Shown in pieces: positions 28,889 to 39,912 of a DNA stretch of 64,000 nucleotides. The position numbers were made by a program, and so were the translations under genes. The stretch comes from Phormidesmis sp. Lineage in GTDB: Bacteria; Cyanobacteriota; Cyanobacteriia; Leptolyngbyales; Leptolyngbyaceae. The first letter of the stretch is position 1; every line of letters starts with the position of its first letter. The stretch lies in the NCBI GenBank assembly GCA_965248535.1, contig CBDFJR010000002.1, positions 928,001-992,000 on the forward strand. Direction: 5' to 3'. The notes beneath the pieces are model-generated. The model saw only the letters and a program-made list of their open reading frames with translations. It was not told the origin of the DNA and did no database searches.

Positions 28889-29063
28889 CGAAGACCATAA
28901 GTTTACAAGTCCAGCTTAATCGATTTGCAGGAGCATTATAGCCAATACAACTACTAGATTTTCAGTGCACATGAGTTGAGATTTTTGGAACCCTCGTAGC
29001 ATATACATATTGTGTAAAGTCGGCTTAGACAGACAATACACCGAAATTCCTCAATGCGACAAA

Positions 29064-29093
29064 GGCTACCCACGTCTAGAGAGTTGGGTAGCC
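29064..29093. terminator. Inverted repeat, possible terminator of the 29146-30042 gene
   Basis: GGCTACCCA-N12-TGGGTAGCC. Confidence 0.4.
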
Positions 29094-29145
29094 AAGCGGA
29101 ACTGAGTGGGCATTAAATGCTCTTCTCTCTTACCCAAAACTTCCC

Positions 29146-30042
29146 TCATCGCTGTAGGCAAATCGTCAAAACGCGGCTCTGACGTTCATTAGGTTGCAGT
29201 TGAGCCGCCGTTTCATTTTGGCAAGCCACATCTAAATCGTAAGGAATCGTCGTGCAGGGCTGCATCACCAGCACATAGTGATCGCGCCAGCCGCCATAGC
29301 TTTGCAAAACCCAAACATAAGGAAAGTCAGCCTGATCAAAGGTCATCAGCAGGGCAGTCCCCGATCGCTGATGACGAACGCCGCACTCGCCTTTAGCCAG
29401 ATCAGAACTGTAGAAATATTCTTGCGATCGCGACGATCGCGGCAAAACTTTGCGAAGATCGACTTCTTGACCGTTGGCGGCAAACGCTTTGGGAAACCGA
29501 GTTTTTTGAGCGCGTCCGATCAGGGTGCTAAAGCCCAGCATGACTGGCTCGATCAGACAATCGGGCAGCAAAATTTCGTCTTCGGCTTCAATCGCGATCG
29601 CGGCATGGTGTTTAAACAAAAACGGAATCGTTTCGTCAGATTTATTGTGAAACTGAAACTCAATCCGAGCCTGAGGGCCGTCTAACCGAATCGTTTTTTC
29701 GACCCCGATCGGCACCGTCTCGCAAAATCGCGTCATCTTGATGCTAGAAGGCGTTGTTTCCAACACATTCCACGCCTGCGACCACAGTTCCCCGTGATCG
29801 ACCAGGTGCCGATTTTGAAATAACCCTTTGCCATCATTGGGAAACATCTCATCCCAGCCGCCTGACCAGTGTTCATCAAAGGGGGCACCTACGGGCAGCG
29901 ATCGGGGCTGACTTTCGTCATAACTAGGCGGGTGCCAAAGCCACTCACGCCCGGTTTTTTGGTCTAGGAGTTGATCAATTCGTCCGCCCAGGTCGGGGCG
30001 AATCGTCAGCTTCAGTTCAGAGTTTTCTAGAACGGTCTGCAT
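29146..30042 (-). CDS. Galactose mutarotase / aldose 1-epimerase-like protein
   Basis: PDLGGRI, GREWLWH, GGWDEMFP, DHGELWS, FPYVWV..SYGGWR. Confidence 0.75.
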   Translation of the reverse strand: MQTVLENSELKLTIRPDLGGRIDQLLDQKTGREWLWHPPSYDESQPRSLPVGAPFDEHWSGGWDEMFPNDGKGLFQNRHLVDHGELWSQAWNVLETTPSSIKMTRFCETVPIGVEKTIRLDGPQARIEFQFHNKSDETIPFLFKHHAAIAIEAEDEILLPDCLIEPVMLGFSTLIGRAQKTRFPKAFAANGQEVDLRKVLPRSSRSQEYFYSSDLAKGECGVRHQRSGTALLMTFDQADFPYVWVLQSYGGWRDHYVLVMQPCTTIPYDLDVACQNETAAQLQPNERQSRVLTICLQR

Positions 30043-30126
30043 CAGCGTCCTCGCGTTTAGAAATCGAGCGCATTTCTGAAAATACCGGGGATGCTGCGAT
30101 CGCGATATACGTCTCTAGGAATAATT

Positions 30127-30483
30127 TTAAGCGCTAACTTGCACTTGCTGTTCGACCACTCTCACCGCAAAAGTGCGGACACTGACCGTCTCATCGTCCA
30201 GACACTGCCCCGTTTGCAAACTAAAATTTTGCTTGTAGATCGGCGAAGCGACTTTAGCAACACCGTTGCGATCGCCCACAATGCCCCGCGACAGCACAAA
30301 GGCTTTACTAAAGGGATCATAGTTGCTCAGAGCATAAACCTCGGTGCCGTCTCCGACCCGAAAGACCGCAATCTGCTGACCTCTGACCAGGGCGCAAACC
30401 CCTGTGTTGGGCAAAATTTGCTCGATCGTGCAAACAGTGACCCATTGATTAGTGAGCGGTTGAGTAGTCAAGGCTGGAATCAT
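30127..30483 (-). CDS. nirD: Nitrite reductase small subunit NirD-like (Rieske-like fold lacking cluster ligands)
   Basis: PNTGVCALV.GQQIAVFRV, LSNYDPFSKAFVLSRGIVGD, VASPIYKQNFSLQTGQCLDD; start at ATG 30483. Confidence 0.85.
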   Translation of the reverse strand: MIPALTTQPLTNQWVTVCTIEQILPNTGVCALVRGQQIAVFRVGDGTEVYALSNYDPFSKAFVLSRGIVGDRNGVAKVASPIYKQNFSLQTGQCLDDETVSVRTFAVRVVEQQVQVSA

Positions 30484-30653
30484 AGGAGAGAAGGATTTTT
30501 GATAGTTTAGACCTTTTTTTGGAGCCGGGCAAGCTGCCCACCTTGGGGTTTCGGGCAAACGCACACGTTTCTTTACAATTTGCGGGAGGGTGTAGGCACT
30601 TGAGCCAAAATCTTGGTGAGATAGTGATCATCCCAACCTGCTTTGGGGCGTTT

Positions 30654-30782
30654 AGTGCGCGTGCTGACTTGTGGGGCATCTCTCTCGATACCTACATCAT
30701 TTTTTATCAGGTTGTTGCTGATGGCATCGTGATTGTCAGTGGATGTAGAGATCTATTTTCATTGTTTGAGGAAAGTAATTAG
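30654..30782 (+). pseudogene. C-terminal remnant of a RelE/ParE toxin
   Basis: RADLWGISLDTYIIFYQVVADGIVIVSGCRDLFSLF resembles ParE C-termini (YIIFY..IEIVRVVSG.RDL..LF) with an internal deletion; no intact N-terminus. Confidence 0.6.
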
Positions 30783-30818
30783 GTCTCGATCGCTCATCTG
30801 CCAACGCCGCCAAAATTC

Positions 30819-31574
30819 TTAGGGTTGTTGTTCAATTCTAGTGCGATATTTTGGTGGCACTCTAGCGCAATGAGGATCAAGAAAATCGATCAAGTCGATG
30901 AGCTTACTGTGGATCAACACGAGTCTCTTCGCGTCAATCTTTGGCGCATTTGCCATCTCGTCAATATCGTTTTTTAGCTTTGTAAACCAGCTTGCAAACT
31001 CTGGATCGCCCATCTTTTTTATAAACGTTGCATAGCCGATGCACTCATATCCAATCACTTCACTACTAGCACGAGAAACCATCATGATTTCCCCGATCGC
31101 TCGCTGTTCGCCGTTATGAAGTTGGAAGATTTCCCCCGGTTTATAATGGGAAAATGCTTGGTTAATGTTGGTCAGTAGCTCACTCAATTGACGATTTAGT
31201 TCTAAATCACCCAAGTCTAAAAACTGAATTTCTCGACGCAAAATCTCCACCCACCCAAGATACTCCGCCACCACATAGAGCGTGTTGTGAATGGCATAGC
31301 TTTCGGCAGATGGCGATTGTTGATAAAAACGCTTTAAAAAATCTTGCTGATGAATGTTATACAGGCGGCTTTGGAGATCAATGGCCGATCGCAACAAAGG
31401 ATTGCGGTATTTAGACATCAACGCTGCCGTCTGAGCTTCTCGCGATTCGGCTTCACGCTGCTTGGTGAGTCGGTCAGTCAATCGGGCAATGCGAGTTTGA
31501 CCGTAAACACTGATGATGGCGCTAATCACCGCGATGATTGCAGCGATCGTGGCCGTGATAACTTCAGGCTTCAT
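30819..31574 (-). CDS. Hypothetical protein with N-terminal TM helix and helical soluble domain
   Basis: VITATIAAIIAVISAIISVY TM; YRNPLLRSAIDLQSRLYNI, EYLGWVEILRRE, EQRAIGEIM; immediately downstream of tRNA-Gly. Confidence 0.7.
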   Translation of the reverse strand: MKPEVITATIAAIIAVISAIISVYGQTRIARLTDRLTKQREAESREAQTAALMSKYRNPLLRSAIDLQSRLYNIHQQDFLKRFYQQSPSAESYAIHNTLYVVAEYLGWVEILRREIQFLDLGDLELNRQLSELLTNINQAFSHYKPGEIFQLHNGEQRAIGEIMMVSRASSEVIGYECIGYATFIKKMGDPEFASWFTKLKNDIDEMANAPKIDAKRLVLIHSKLIDLIDFLDPHCARVPPKYRTRIEQQP

Positions 31575-31641
31575 AGTAATCGCCTCTAGGGTGAAGCGTA
31601 AATGTCCGATCGCTTCCCTCAAAAACCATCAATCTCAAATA

Positions 31642-31712
31642 AGCGGGTAGCGAGAATCGAACTCGCAACTAATGCTTGGGAAGCATTCATTTTGCCACTA
31701 AACTATACCCGC
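31642..31712 (-). tRNA. tRNA-Gly(CCC)
   Basis: GCGGGTATAGTTTAGTGGCAAAATGAATGCTTCCCAAGCATTAGTTGCGAGTTCGATTCTCGCTACCCGCT: acceptor stem GCGGGTA/TACCCGC, anticodon loop TTCCCAA, T-loop TTCGATT. Confidence 0.95.
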
Positions 31713-31737
31713 GACTAGTTATCTAGCCATCATACCG

Positions 31738-34700
31738 CTATTTGTGAGCAGAAAAACTACCCGATGGTCCATTTGCCCCGATCGTGTCTTCCGATCGCCG
31801 TTTCATCGAGCCTTTGAGCAACTTGCCAAAAATCAGCACCTGCCAGCGATCGATATAGGTAAAGATCACCGGAACCACCACCAGCGTTAGCAGCGTTGAG
31901 GTGAGCAAACCGCCGATCACGGCGATCGCCATCGGGCTTCTCGACTCAGAGCCAGCCCCAATGCCCATCGCGATCGGAATCATGCCCGCAATCATGGCGA
32001 TCGTGGTCATCAAAATCGGGCGCAGTCTCGCCACCCCCGAATCGAGAACAGCATGATAGATCGATTTGCCTTCTTTTTGGTTGATCAGAGCATAATCTAC
32101 GAGCAAGATAGAGTTTTTGGTGACCAGACCCAGCAGCAAAACCACGCCAATGATGGCGATCAGTCCGAGTTCTTTATGGGTGAGCAGCAGTCCGAGCATG
32201 GCACCCCCGATCGAGAAGGGCAGCGCCACCATAATCGTCACAGGATGCAGAAAATCATTGAACAGCAGCACCAGCACGGCGTAGATAAACAGAACCGCCG
32301 CTAGCAGTGCGCCCCCAAAGTTGCTAAACACCTGTCCGAGAATTTTTGCATTCCCAAAACTCTCTCGCGTCACCCCAGATGGCAGCGATTTTAAGATCGG
32401 TAGCTGATTGATTTTTGCTAACGCGTCTCCGAGGGCTAGCCCTTTGAGGTTGGCTTCGACAGAATATTGCGCGATCGGTTGTAGCGATCAATCTGAGAGG
32501 GGCCGCTCCCAAAACGAATATCTGCCACCGTTTGCAGCGGCACTAACGCCCCGCTTTTGTTTTGAATTTGCAGACTTTTAATCGTCTCAAGATTGTTGCG
32601 TGATTTTGGGTCAAGCTGCACCCGGATCGGAATCTGACGATCGGGCAAATCAAACTTCGCCAAGTTAGCATCAAAGTCTCCCAGGGTGGCCAGGTTTGCC
32701 GTCCGAGCGATCTGCTGAACGGTAATCCCCTGATCGGCAGCGCGTGCCGGGTCAGGCGTGATTAAAATTTCCGGCTTTACCAAACTAGCCCCAGAGGTGA
32801 CTTCGACCAATCCCGTGATTTGGCGCATCTGCGTTTCTAGCTCGTTGGCCGCTTGAGTCAGCGCCGCCGGATTTTCACTCTTCAGCACGATCGACACTTC
32901 TTTTGAGCCGCCGCCCGGCCCCCCTTTGACAAAGCTAATTCGAGACCCCGGCACTTGAGCAAACACCGGCCGAATCTGATCTTCAAACTCTTTGCGAGTC
33001 ATCTTTCGCTCTGACTTGGGCTTGAGTTTGGCATAGAGCGTAGACTTAGCCACGGCTTGACTGGTCTGCACTTCCTCAACAGCAGGATGCTTTAACAGCA
33101 GAGTGGTCAACTGCTGAGTGGCTTGATCGGTGTCTTCGATCGTGGAGCCAGGAGGCAGTTGCAGCGCGATCGTCGATAGACTCACATCGGCATTTGAGAA
33201 CAACCCTACCGGAATTTTAGGCACCAAACTTAAGCTGCTGATTAGAAACGCGATCGCCACTGCCAGCGTGATTAACCGATGTTTGATCGACCAAGTGAGC
33301 AACCGCCGATATTGAGCCGAGAGGCGATCCTCTTTAGGGGCTTTGGCGTGGTCTTTCATCAGATAAGCCGCCATCAACGGCGTGACCATTCGAGCAACCA
33401 GCAGCGAGAAAAGCACCGAGGCCGCCACCGTGATGCCAAAGGGACGAAAAAACTGTCCGGTGATGCCCGTCATGAAGGCAACGGGGCCAAACACGGCGAC
33501 GATCGTAAACGTGGTCGCCACCACCGCTAGCCCAATCTCATCAGAGGCATCGATCGCGGCTCGATAGGCTGATTTGCCCATCTGCATATGGCGTTCGATG
33601 TTTTCAATTTCGACGATCGCATCATCGACCAAAATTCCGACGACCAGGGCTAACCCCAGCAGCGTCAAGTCGTTCAGCGTGTAGTCCATCACTTTCATGA
33701 CGATAAACGTGGGAATCAGGGACAAAGGCAGCGCCACCGCCGTGATCAACGTCGCCCGCCAATCGCGCAAAAACAGCCAAATCGTCACTACCGCTAACCC
33801 TGCACCAAACAGAACGGCATCGACCGAGGCCGTAAACGATTCTCGAATATACTCTGCCTGCACATTGTTAATCAGCCTCAATTTAATGTCTTGAGGCAGC
33901 GTAGTTTGCAGCTTGTCGATAGCGGCCCGCACCGCTTCTTCAACAGAAACCAGCGTCGTACCCGAACTTCGCAAGACCGAAAAGACCACCGCAGGCTGAT
34001 TGTTTAACCGAGCGATTTTACGCGGGTCTCCCGTCCCATCGGTGACGACTCCTAGGCTAGAGAGTGGGGTATAGCCGCCTTGCGGAAGGGTGATTTGCAG
34101 ATCTCGGAGGGTTTGCACACTGGCGCTACTGCCCAAGGTGCGAATGCTTTGTTCACTGCCGCCCACGTTGCCCCGCCCGCCCGAAAGATTGGTGTTAAAC
34201 GTGCGGACTTGATCATTGACTTGGGTGGCGGTGATGCCTAGAGATTGCAGCCGATCGGGGTTTAAGTTCACCCGAATCTCGCGATCGACTCCGCCGACGC
34301 GCTCAATTTGCGCCACGCCGGACACGGCTAACACAGCCCGGCTAATGGTTTGATCCACCAAGTTGCTCAACTCGGTCACCGATCGCTGATCCGACGAAAC
34401 AGCATAGGTCGTGATCGGCCCGCCGCTGGCAAATTCAACCCGTTTGATCACAGGTTCGTTAATATCTTGCGGTAGGTTTTGCCGAATCTGAGAGATTGCA
34501 TTTCTCACATCATTGGTAGCGCGATCGGTGTTCGTTCCCAACACAAAATTGATCACCGTATTAGAAACACCATCGTTAACGGTTGAAGTAATGTCGTCAA
34601 TGTTGCCTAAACTAGCAACCGCATCCTCAACTTTCTTGGTGATCTGTGATTCTAACTCTGAAGGATCGGCTCCCGGCTGGGTGACCGTTACTATCACACT

Positions 34701-34835
34701 GGGAACATCTACATTAGGATTGTCATTAATTCCTAGAAACGGGAAAGCGATCAGTCCTGCTAACGTCAAAATGACAAACAAAACAATCGTAGGCACCGGA
34801 TTGCGAATCGACCAGGCAGAAATATTAAAAGACAT
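31738..34835 (-). pseudogene. RND efflux permease split by a -1 frameshift near 32463 (pseudogene or sequencing error)
   Basis: MSFNISAWSIRNP, GILVDDAIVEIENI, then KNSILLVDY and RLRPILMTT in the downstream ORF; adding one T (AAT ATT TCT GTC GAA) restores ..RSRNISVEANLKG..GVTRESFG. Confidence 0.85.
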
Positions 34836-34876
34836 AGCAAACCACAAAGGTCAAGAATCAAATCACAGAAGTTAAA

Positions 34877-36332
34877 TTATTTTGTAACGGTGACGCGATC
34901 GCCGTCTTTGACAAAGCCTGCACCCGCAATCACCACCCGATCGTCAGGGTTAATGCCGCTAGTGATCACGATTTGTCCATTATTGCGATCGCCCGTCTCA
35001 ACGGGTTTAGCACGAGCCATATCTTCACGGTCTAAGACATAGACGATTTTGCGTCCATCTGCCTCTGACACCACCGCTTTTTCGGCAACTACCACAGCCT
35101 GAACTTTTTGGGTCACGATGTCCGATCGTAAAAACATACCGGGTTTTAATAACCCACTTTCGGGTAGGTCAATTTTGACAATGGCTTGACGAGTCTGCTG
35201 ATTGATCACAGGCTCGACCTCGCGCACTCGACCCTGGACACTGATGCGTTTATCGGCATCAGACGTGATCTTGGCAGGTTCGCCCACTCTCACTTGGGCC
35301 AGCAGATTTTCGGGCACGTTCACCTGAAGCTGGAGTGAGCTATTTCGCACGATATAAAACAGGGGACTCGATCCCGTCAGTTCGCCCACTCTAGCAAGGG
35401 CTATTTTTTGGTCGTTGGGGTTACGCTTTGCCAAAATGCCACTCGCCGGGGCGCGCACGGTGGTCTGAGCAATCTTTGTCTCAAGCTGTTGAATGCGAGT
35501 CACGTTGGTGTCAATGCCCGCCTGAGCTTGAGTCACCCCTGCCTGAGCCTGATTGACCCCGGCTTGAGCTTTAACGACATCGGCTTGAGCGCTGCTGATA
35601 TTGGATTGTGCGACGTTGATCGCTTCTCGTGCAGTGGTGGCTGATGTGGTGCGCGACTCTAGATCTTGACTGCTGATTACGCCATCATTTCGCAGACCTT
35701 GATAGCGCTGCAAATTGCTTTCAGCCTCGGCTAACACGGCCCTTTGTTGTTTCAGCACGGCCTCTTTTTGCTGCACGATCGAGCGATCAGATGCCACCTG
35801 TGCCTGAGCCGAACTTAATTGCGCCTGAGCCGAACTTAAGCTGCGCCTGAGCCGAATTAAGCTGTGCCTTTGCTTCATTTAACTGATCGCGCAAGACAGA
35901 ACTGTCTAGAACCGCGATCGCTTGCCCGGCTTGCACGGTGTCGCCCTCATTCACCAAAATTTGTTGAATCTGCACCCCCGTTGCCTGGGGCGTGACCTGC
36001 ACCCAATCTTGAGCATCGACACTGCCAGTGGCGCTAAAGGTTTTGGGCACAAAGGCCAGCTTTGCCGCCTCGACGCTCACGCTCTGACCCGCCACTGGGG
36101 CGCTTTGTGGGTCTGCCGCCGGAGCCGCCGCAGGTTTGCCCGTCTGGGAGAGCAGCGTCATGCCACCTGCCGCGATCGCGATGCCAATGCCCACCCCGGC
36201 TAAGAGTCCTCGTGTTCCTGCCAAGGGCCCGCGAGCCGGAGGAGCGCCTATCTCTGAAGCGCCCTCAAAGTCAGCCCTGCGAGGTGGCTGCGGTTCAGGA
36301 GAATCAGATTCTGTCAGGGTATTTAATGCCAC
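34877..36332 (-). pseudogene. RND periplasmic adaptor (MFP) split by a +1 frameshift in a tandem repeat near 35838
   Basis: N-half VTPQATGVQIQQILVNEGDTVQAGQ (35787-36332) and C-half VRAPASG..LKPGMF (34877-35878). Confidence 0.85.
35802..35865. repeat. Three tandem units of 21/22/21 bp encoding heptads (AQLNSAQ/AQLSSAQ)
   Basis: GCCTGAGCCGAACTTAATTGC, GCCTGAGCCGAACTTAAGCTGC, GCCTGAGCCGAATTAAGCTGT. Confidence 0.85.
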
Positions 36333-36641
36333 GATGCTTCCTCTACAAACCTTTTTAGGGCGGTCTAACGTAAAAAACTGAACCTAAAGTTGTTCTGTCA
36401 ATTAATCTCTCTCTCGATTATGACGTATGCGAAATGTTTCTACGCTAAGTAGCTATTCAGATTTCTCACCGCGAAATCCCACCGCGAAATTTCACAGTAA
36501 ACTAGTCATAATCGCTTTGCCATTCTCTCAATGATTCACCAAATTGCAGGAAGTCAATCTAAATTTGGCAAACCTATCTGCGATCGCCAGCAGAGCGGGA
36601 AGACTAGAGAGATTCCAATCGTCCAGCGGTGAGTGCCCCTC

Positions 36642-37472
36642 ATGTTTAATGCCACCGAACTTTTAATTGATGACTTTGTTGCCAAGCTCAAAGATGGCTA
36701 TCGACGCACCTATGGCGGCTGGAAGTCTGACTATGAAGACATCATTGGCTGGGTTGGGTCAATGGCCATGGAAAATATCGCCAACAGTGACGCGCTCTAT
36801 CACAACGTTGAGCATTCGATTTTGGTGACGCTGGTGGGTCAAGAAATTCTGCGGGGTCGTCACATTCGGCAGGGGGGCGTTTCGTGCGAAGACTGGCTGC
36901 ATTTTGTGATCTCGCTGGTCTGTCATGACATTGGCTATGTCAAAGGCGTGTGTCGTCGAGACGGCGACAGTTTGTATGCAACGGGCAGAGATGGGGCAAA
37001 GGTGGCGCTGCCTCAGGGTGCCTCAGATGCCGCGTTGACTCCTTATCATGTCGATCGGGCCAAACTATTTGTCGATGAGCGCTTTGGAGGGCACAAACTC
37101 ATTGATGCCGAGCTAGTCAAACGCAACATTGAGTTGACTCGTTTTCCGGTGCCGACGGCTGAAGATCACCAAGACACGATCAGCTATCCGGGGTTGATTC
37201 GCGCCTCGGATCTGATTGGTCAACTCAGCGACCCCCGCTATTTAAAGAAAATTAGCGCGCTCTATTATGAGTTTGAAGAAACCGGGGTGAACAAAGCCCT
37301 GGGCTATCGGCATCCTGGAGATCTTCGCAAAAATTACCCCAAGTTTTATTGGCACGGCGTTCATCCCTATATCAAAGATGCGCTGTATTATCTGTCTCTA
37401 ACTCAGCAGGGCAAACAGATTATTGCCAATCTCTATTCCAATGTCTTTGTCGTCGAGCATGAGCCTGACTGA
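36642..37472 (+). CDS. HD-domain metal-dependent phosphohydrolase (Npun_R2479-like)
   Basis: DALYHNVEH, CHDIGY, YHVDR, RASDLIGQLSDPRY. Confidence 0.85.
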   Translation: MFNATELLIDDFVAKLKDGYRRTYGGWKSDYEDIIGWVGSMAMENIANSDALYHNVEHSILVTLVGQEILRGRHIRQGGVSCEDWLHFVISLVCHDIGYVKGVCRRDGDSLYATGRDGAKVALPQGASDAALTPYHVDRAKLFVDERFGGHKLIDAELVKRNIELTRFPVPTAEDHQDTISYPGLIRASDLIGQLSDPRYLKKISALYYEFEETGVNKALGYRHPGDLRKNYPKFYWHGVHPYIKDALYYLSLTQQGKQIIANLYSNVFVVEHEPD

Positions 37473-37572
37473 AGCCCGCAAAGTCCCAGTGAACCATCAG
37501 AGCGATAGGATAGAAGCACTGACCGCCGCGATCGCGCTGGCGCAGTTCCTTCTAGCCCCTGAGTCTTAGCCG

Positions 37573-38712
37573 ATGGATCGTTTTTTTTCGCCAATTCAGC
37601 AATTTTTAATCACCTGGCTGCTGATTTTGGTTACGGGTTGGTTGAGTCTCAACGCGCTCACCTATTTTGGTGAACTTCTCAGCGTTTTGGTGACCGCCGG
37701 GTTGATTGCCTTTTTGCTCAATTACGCCGTTGAGCGATTGCACCCGATTTTGCCTCGCCCGATCGCGGCCGCTCTCGTTTATTTACTCGCGGGATTGGTG
37801 TTGGGGTTTGCAGCCGTGACGATCGCGCCGCCGATCCTATCCCAGGCCCAGCAGTTGACCGTTAATCTCCCTGGGCTGATTGAGTCGGGGCAACAGCAGC
37901 TAAATGATCTAGAGACTTGGAGCACGGCCCGGCACTTTGCGTTTGATCTCTCGTTTTTAGAACAGCAGCTTTCGGCCCAGGTGCAAGGACAGGCTAAAAC
38001 GATCGCATCCACAGGCATCGGGCTAGTCTTGGGCACGTTTAACTGGGTGCTAGACTTCATTTTGATTTTGGTGATCTCGTTCTATTTGCTGCTAGACGGG
38101 GGAAAAATCTGGACGGGCTTGACGAGCATTTTTTCGGCCCCTATTAAAGAGCGTTTGACTAATTCTCTGCGCGATAGTTTGCAGCGATTTGCATCGGGAC
38201 AGCTATTGCTGGGGCTGTTTATGGCGGCCACGCTATCGCTGACCTTTTGGTGGTTAAAAGTACCGTTCTTTTTGGTGTTTGCAGTGTTTATCGGCGTGAT
38301 GGAGGTGATTCCGTTTATCGGGGCGACCTTGGGCATCGCGGCCGTCTGCATTGTTATCGCCTTTATCGACTGGTGGTTAGCCCTACAAGCGTTGGGCGCA
38401 GCGATCGCGCTTCAGCAGGTCAAAGATAATTTCATCGCCCCTCGGATCATGGGCAACTTGACAGGGTTTAGTCCGGTGATTATTCTAACCTCGCTGTTGA
38501 TTGGTGCTAGAGTTGCAGGGCTGTTGGGCGTTATTTTAGCGATTCCGCTGACCAGCGTCACTCGCACGATCGTCGAGATTATCCTCGACCCGACCCTGCC
38601 GCCCCAGACGGGTTCTATCTTCTCGGAGACTATGGAAAATAGCATTCTAGAACCCATGCTCTCAGTCGAAGCTGATGACGATCGGCTGATCGCTGTGAGC
38701 AAAAAGCATTAG
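37573..38712 (+). CDS. AI-2E (PerM) family transporter
   Basis: Multiple TMs; IPFIGA, QQVKDNFIAPRIMG, GLLGVILAIP. Confidence 0.88.
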   Translation: MDRFFSPIQQFLITWLLILVTGWLSLNALTYFGELLSVLVTAGLIAFLLNYAVERLHPILPRPIAAALVYLLAGLVLGFAAVTIAPPILSQAQQLTVNLPGLIESGQQQLNDLETWSTARHFAFDLSFLEQQLSAQVQGQAKTIASTGIGLVLGTFNWVLDFILILVISFYLLLDGGKIWTGLTSIFSAPIKERLTNSLRDSLQRFASGQLLLGLFMAATLSLTFWWLKVPFFLVFAVFIGVMEVIPFIGATLGIAAVCIVIAFIDWWLALQALGAAIALQQVKDNFIAPRIMGNLTGFSPVIILTSLLIGARVAGLLGVILAIPLTSVTRTIVEIILDPTLPPQTGSIFSETMENSILEPMLSVEADDDRLIAVSKKH

Positions 38713-38741
38713 ATCACCCCTTCACCCTTGACGCTGCGCTT

Positions 38742-39878
38742 ATGGACTGGTGGAAACGACTGCAAAAAAACCCGCTTGCTAAGTTTGGCGCGCTGCTGCT
38801 GCTGGTGTTTTATCTATCCGCGATCGCAGCAGAATTCGTTGCCCCCTACGATCCCTATGCGTCTCAAGCAGATGGGGCACTCTTGCCCCCGACTCAGATC
38901 TATTGGAGCGACCAAAGCGGGAACTTTATTGGCCCTCATGTCTATCCGACGACTCAAGGTGCGGTCGATGTGCAGACGGGCGATCGGCAGCTAAAGGTCG
39001 ATCGGTCAAAGCCATCTCCGATTCGGCTGTTTGTGCAGGGAGATACTTATCGGTTTTTGCAGATTCGCCTGCCCTTGCCGACTCACGTTTCCCTGACTGA
39101 CCCAAAGTTTGAGGAGGTCGAGCTATTTCCCGGAATTTCTGGCAATCTCCACCTGTTTGGCACGGCTGGAAACGGCAAGTTTAACCTGCTAGGAACCGAT
39201 GAACAGGCGCGGGATCAGTTTAGTCGTCTGGTTTACGGTGGGCGGGTCAGCCTGAGTATTGGATTGGTCGGGATCGCGATCGCGTTCCCCTTAGGGATGC
39301 TAGTCGGTGGCATCTCTGGCTATGCGGGCGGTTGGCTAGATAGCGTGTTGATGCGCTTTGTCGAAGTCTTGATGACCATTCCTGAGATCTATCTGCTGGT
39401 GGCGCTAGCGGCAGTGTTGCCGCCTGGTTTGACCAGCGCTGAACGGTTTTTGCTGATTATTTTGATCACGTCGTTTATTCGCTGGGCGGGGTTGGCGCGG
39501 GTGATTCGGGGGCAGGTGCTGTCGATTAAAGAGCAAGAATTTGTTCAAGCGGCGAGAGCAATGGGCGGCAAGCCTCTCTACATCATTGTTCGACACGTTT
39601 TGCCCCAGACCGCGACTTACATTATTATTGCGGCAACGCTTTCGATCCCAAGTTTTATTGTGGCAGAGTCAGTGCTGAGTCTGATTGGGTTAGGCATTCA
39701 ACAGCCTGATCCGTCTTGGGGCAATATGCTGACGCTAGCGACTAATGCTTCTATTTTGGTGCTGCAACCTTGGCTGGTTTGGCCGCCTGCCCTGCTGATT
39801 ATTTTGACGGTTTTGGCGTTTAATCTATTGGGAGATGGGCTGCGAGATGCGCTCGATCCCCGAAGTTTGCAGCGCTAA
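38742..39878 (+). CDS. Peptide ABC transporter permease (DppC/OppC type)
   Basis: LGTDEQARDQFSRLVYGGRVSL, EFVQAARAMG, SWGNML, FNLLGDGLRDALDP. Confidence 0.92.
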   Translation: MDWWKRLQKNPLAKFGALLLLVFYLSAIAAEFVAPYDPYASQADGALLPPTQIYWSDQSGNFIGPHVYPTTQGAVDVQTGDRQLKVDRSKPSPIRLFVQGDTYRFLQIRLPLPTHVSLTDPKFEEVELFPGISGNLHLFGTAGNGKFNLLGTDEQARDQFSRLVYGGRVSLSIGLVGIAIAFPLGMLVGGISGYAGGWLDSVLMRFVEVLMTIPEIYLLVALAAVLPPGLTSAERFLLIILITSFIRWAGLARVIRGQVLSIKEQEFVQAARAMGGKPLYIIVRHVLPQTATYIIIAATLSIPSFIVAESVLSLIGLGIQQPDPSWGNMLTLATNASILVLQPWLVWPPALLIILTVLAFNLLGDGLRDALDPRSLQR

Positions 39879-39912
39879 AGCGAGAATTTTAGCTTTGTAA
39901 CGGAACCGTTTT

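Noticed and set aside
27059..31712. Intact integrative element at tRNA-Gly
   Set aside because: No integrase and no duplicated tRNA 3' end found in the window
35802..35865. CRISPR-like repeats
   Set aside because: Units are contiguous with no spacers and encode coiled-coil heptads; no cas genes in the window
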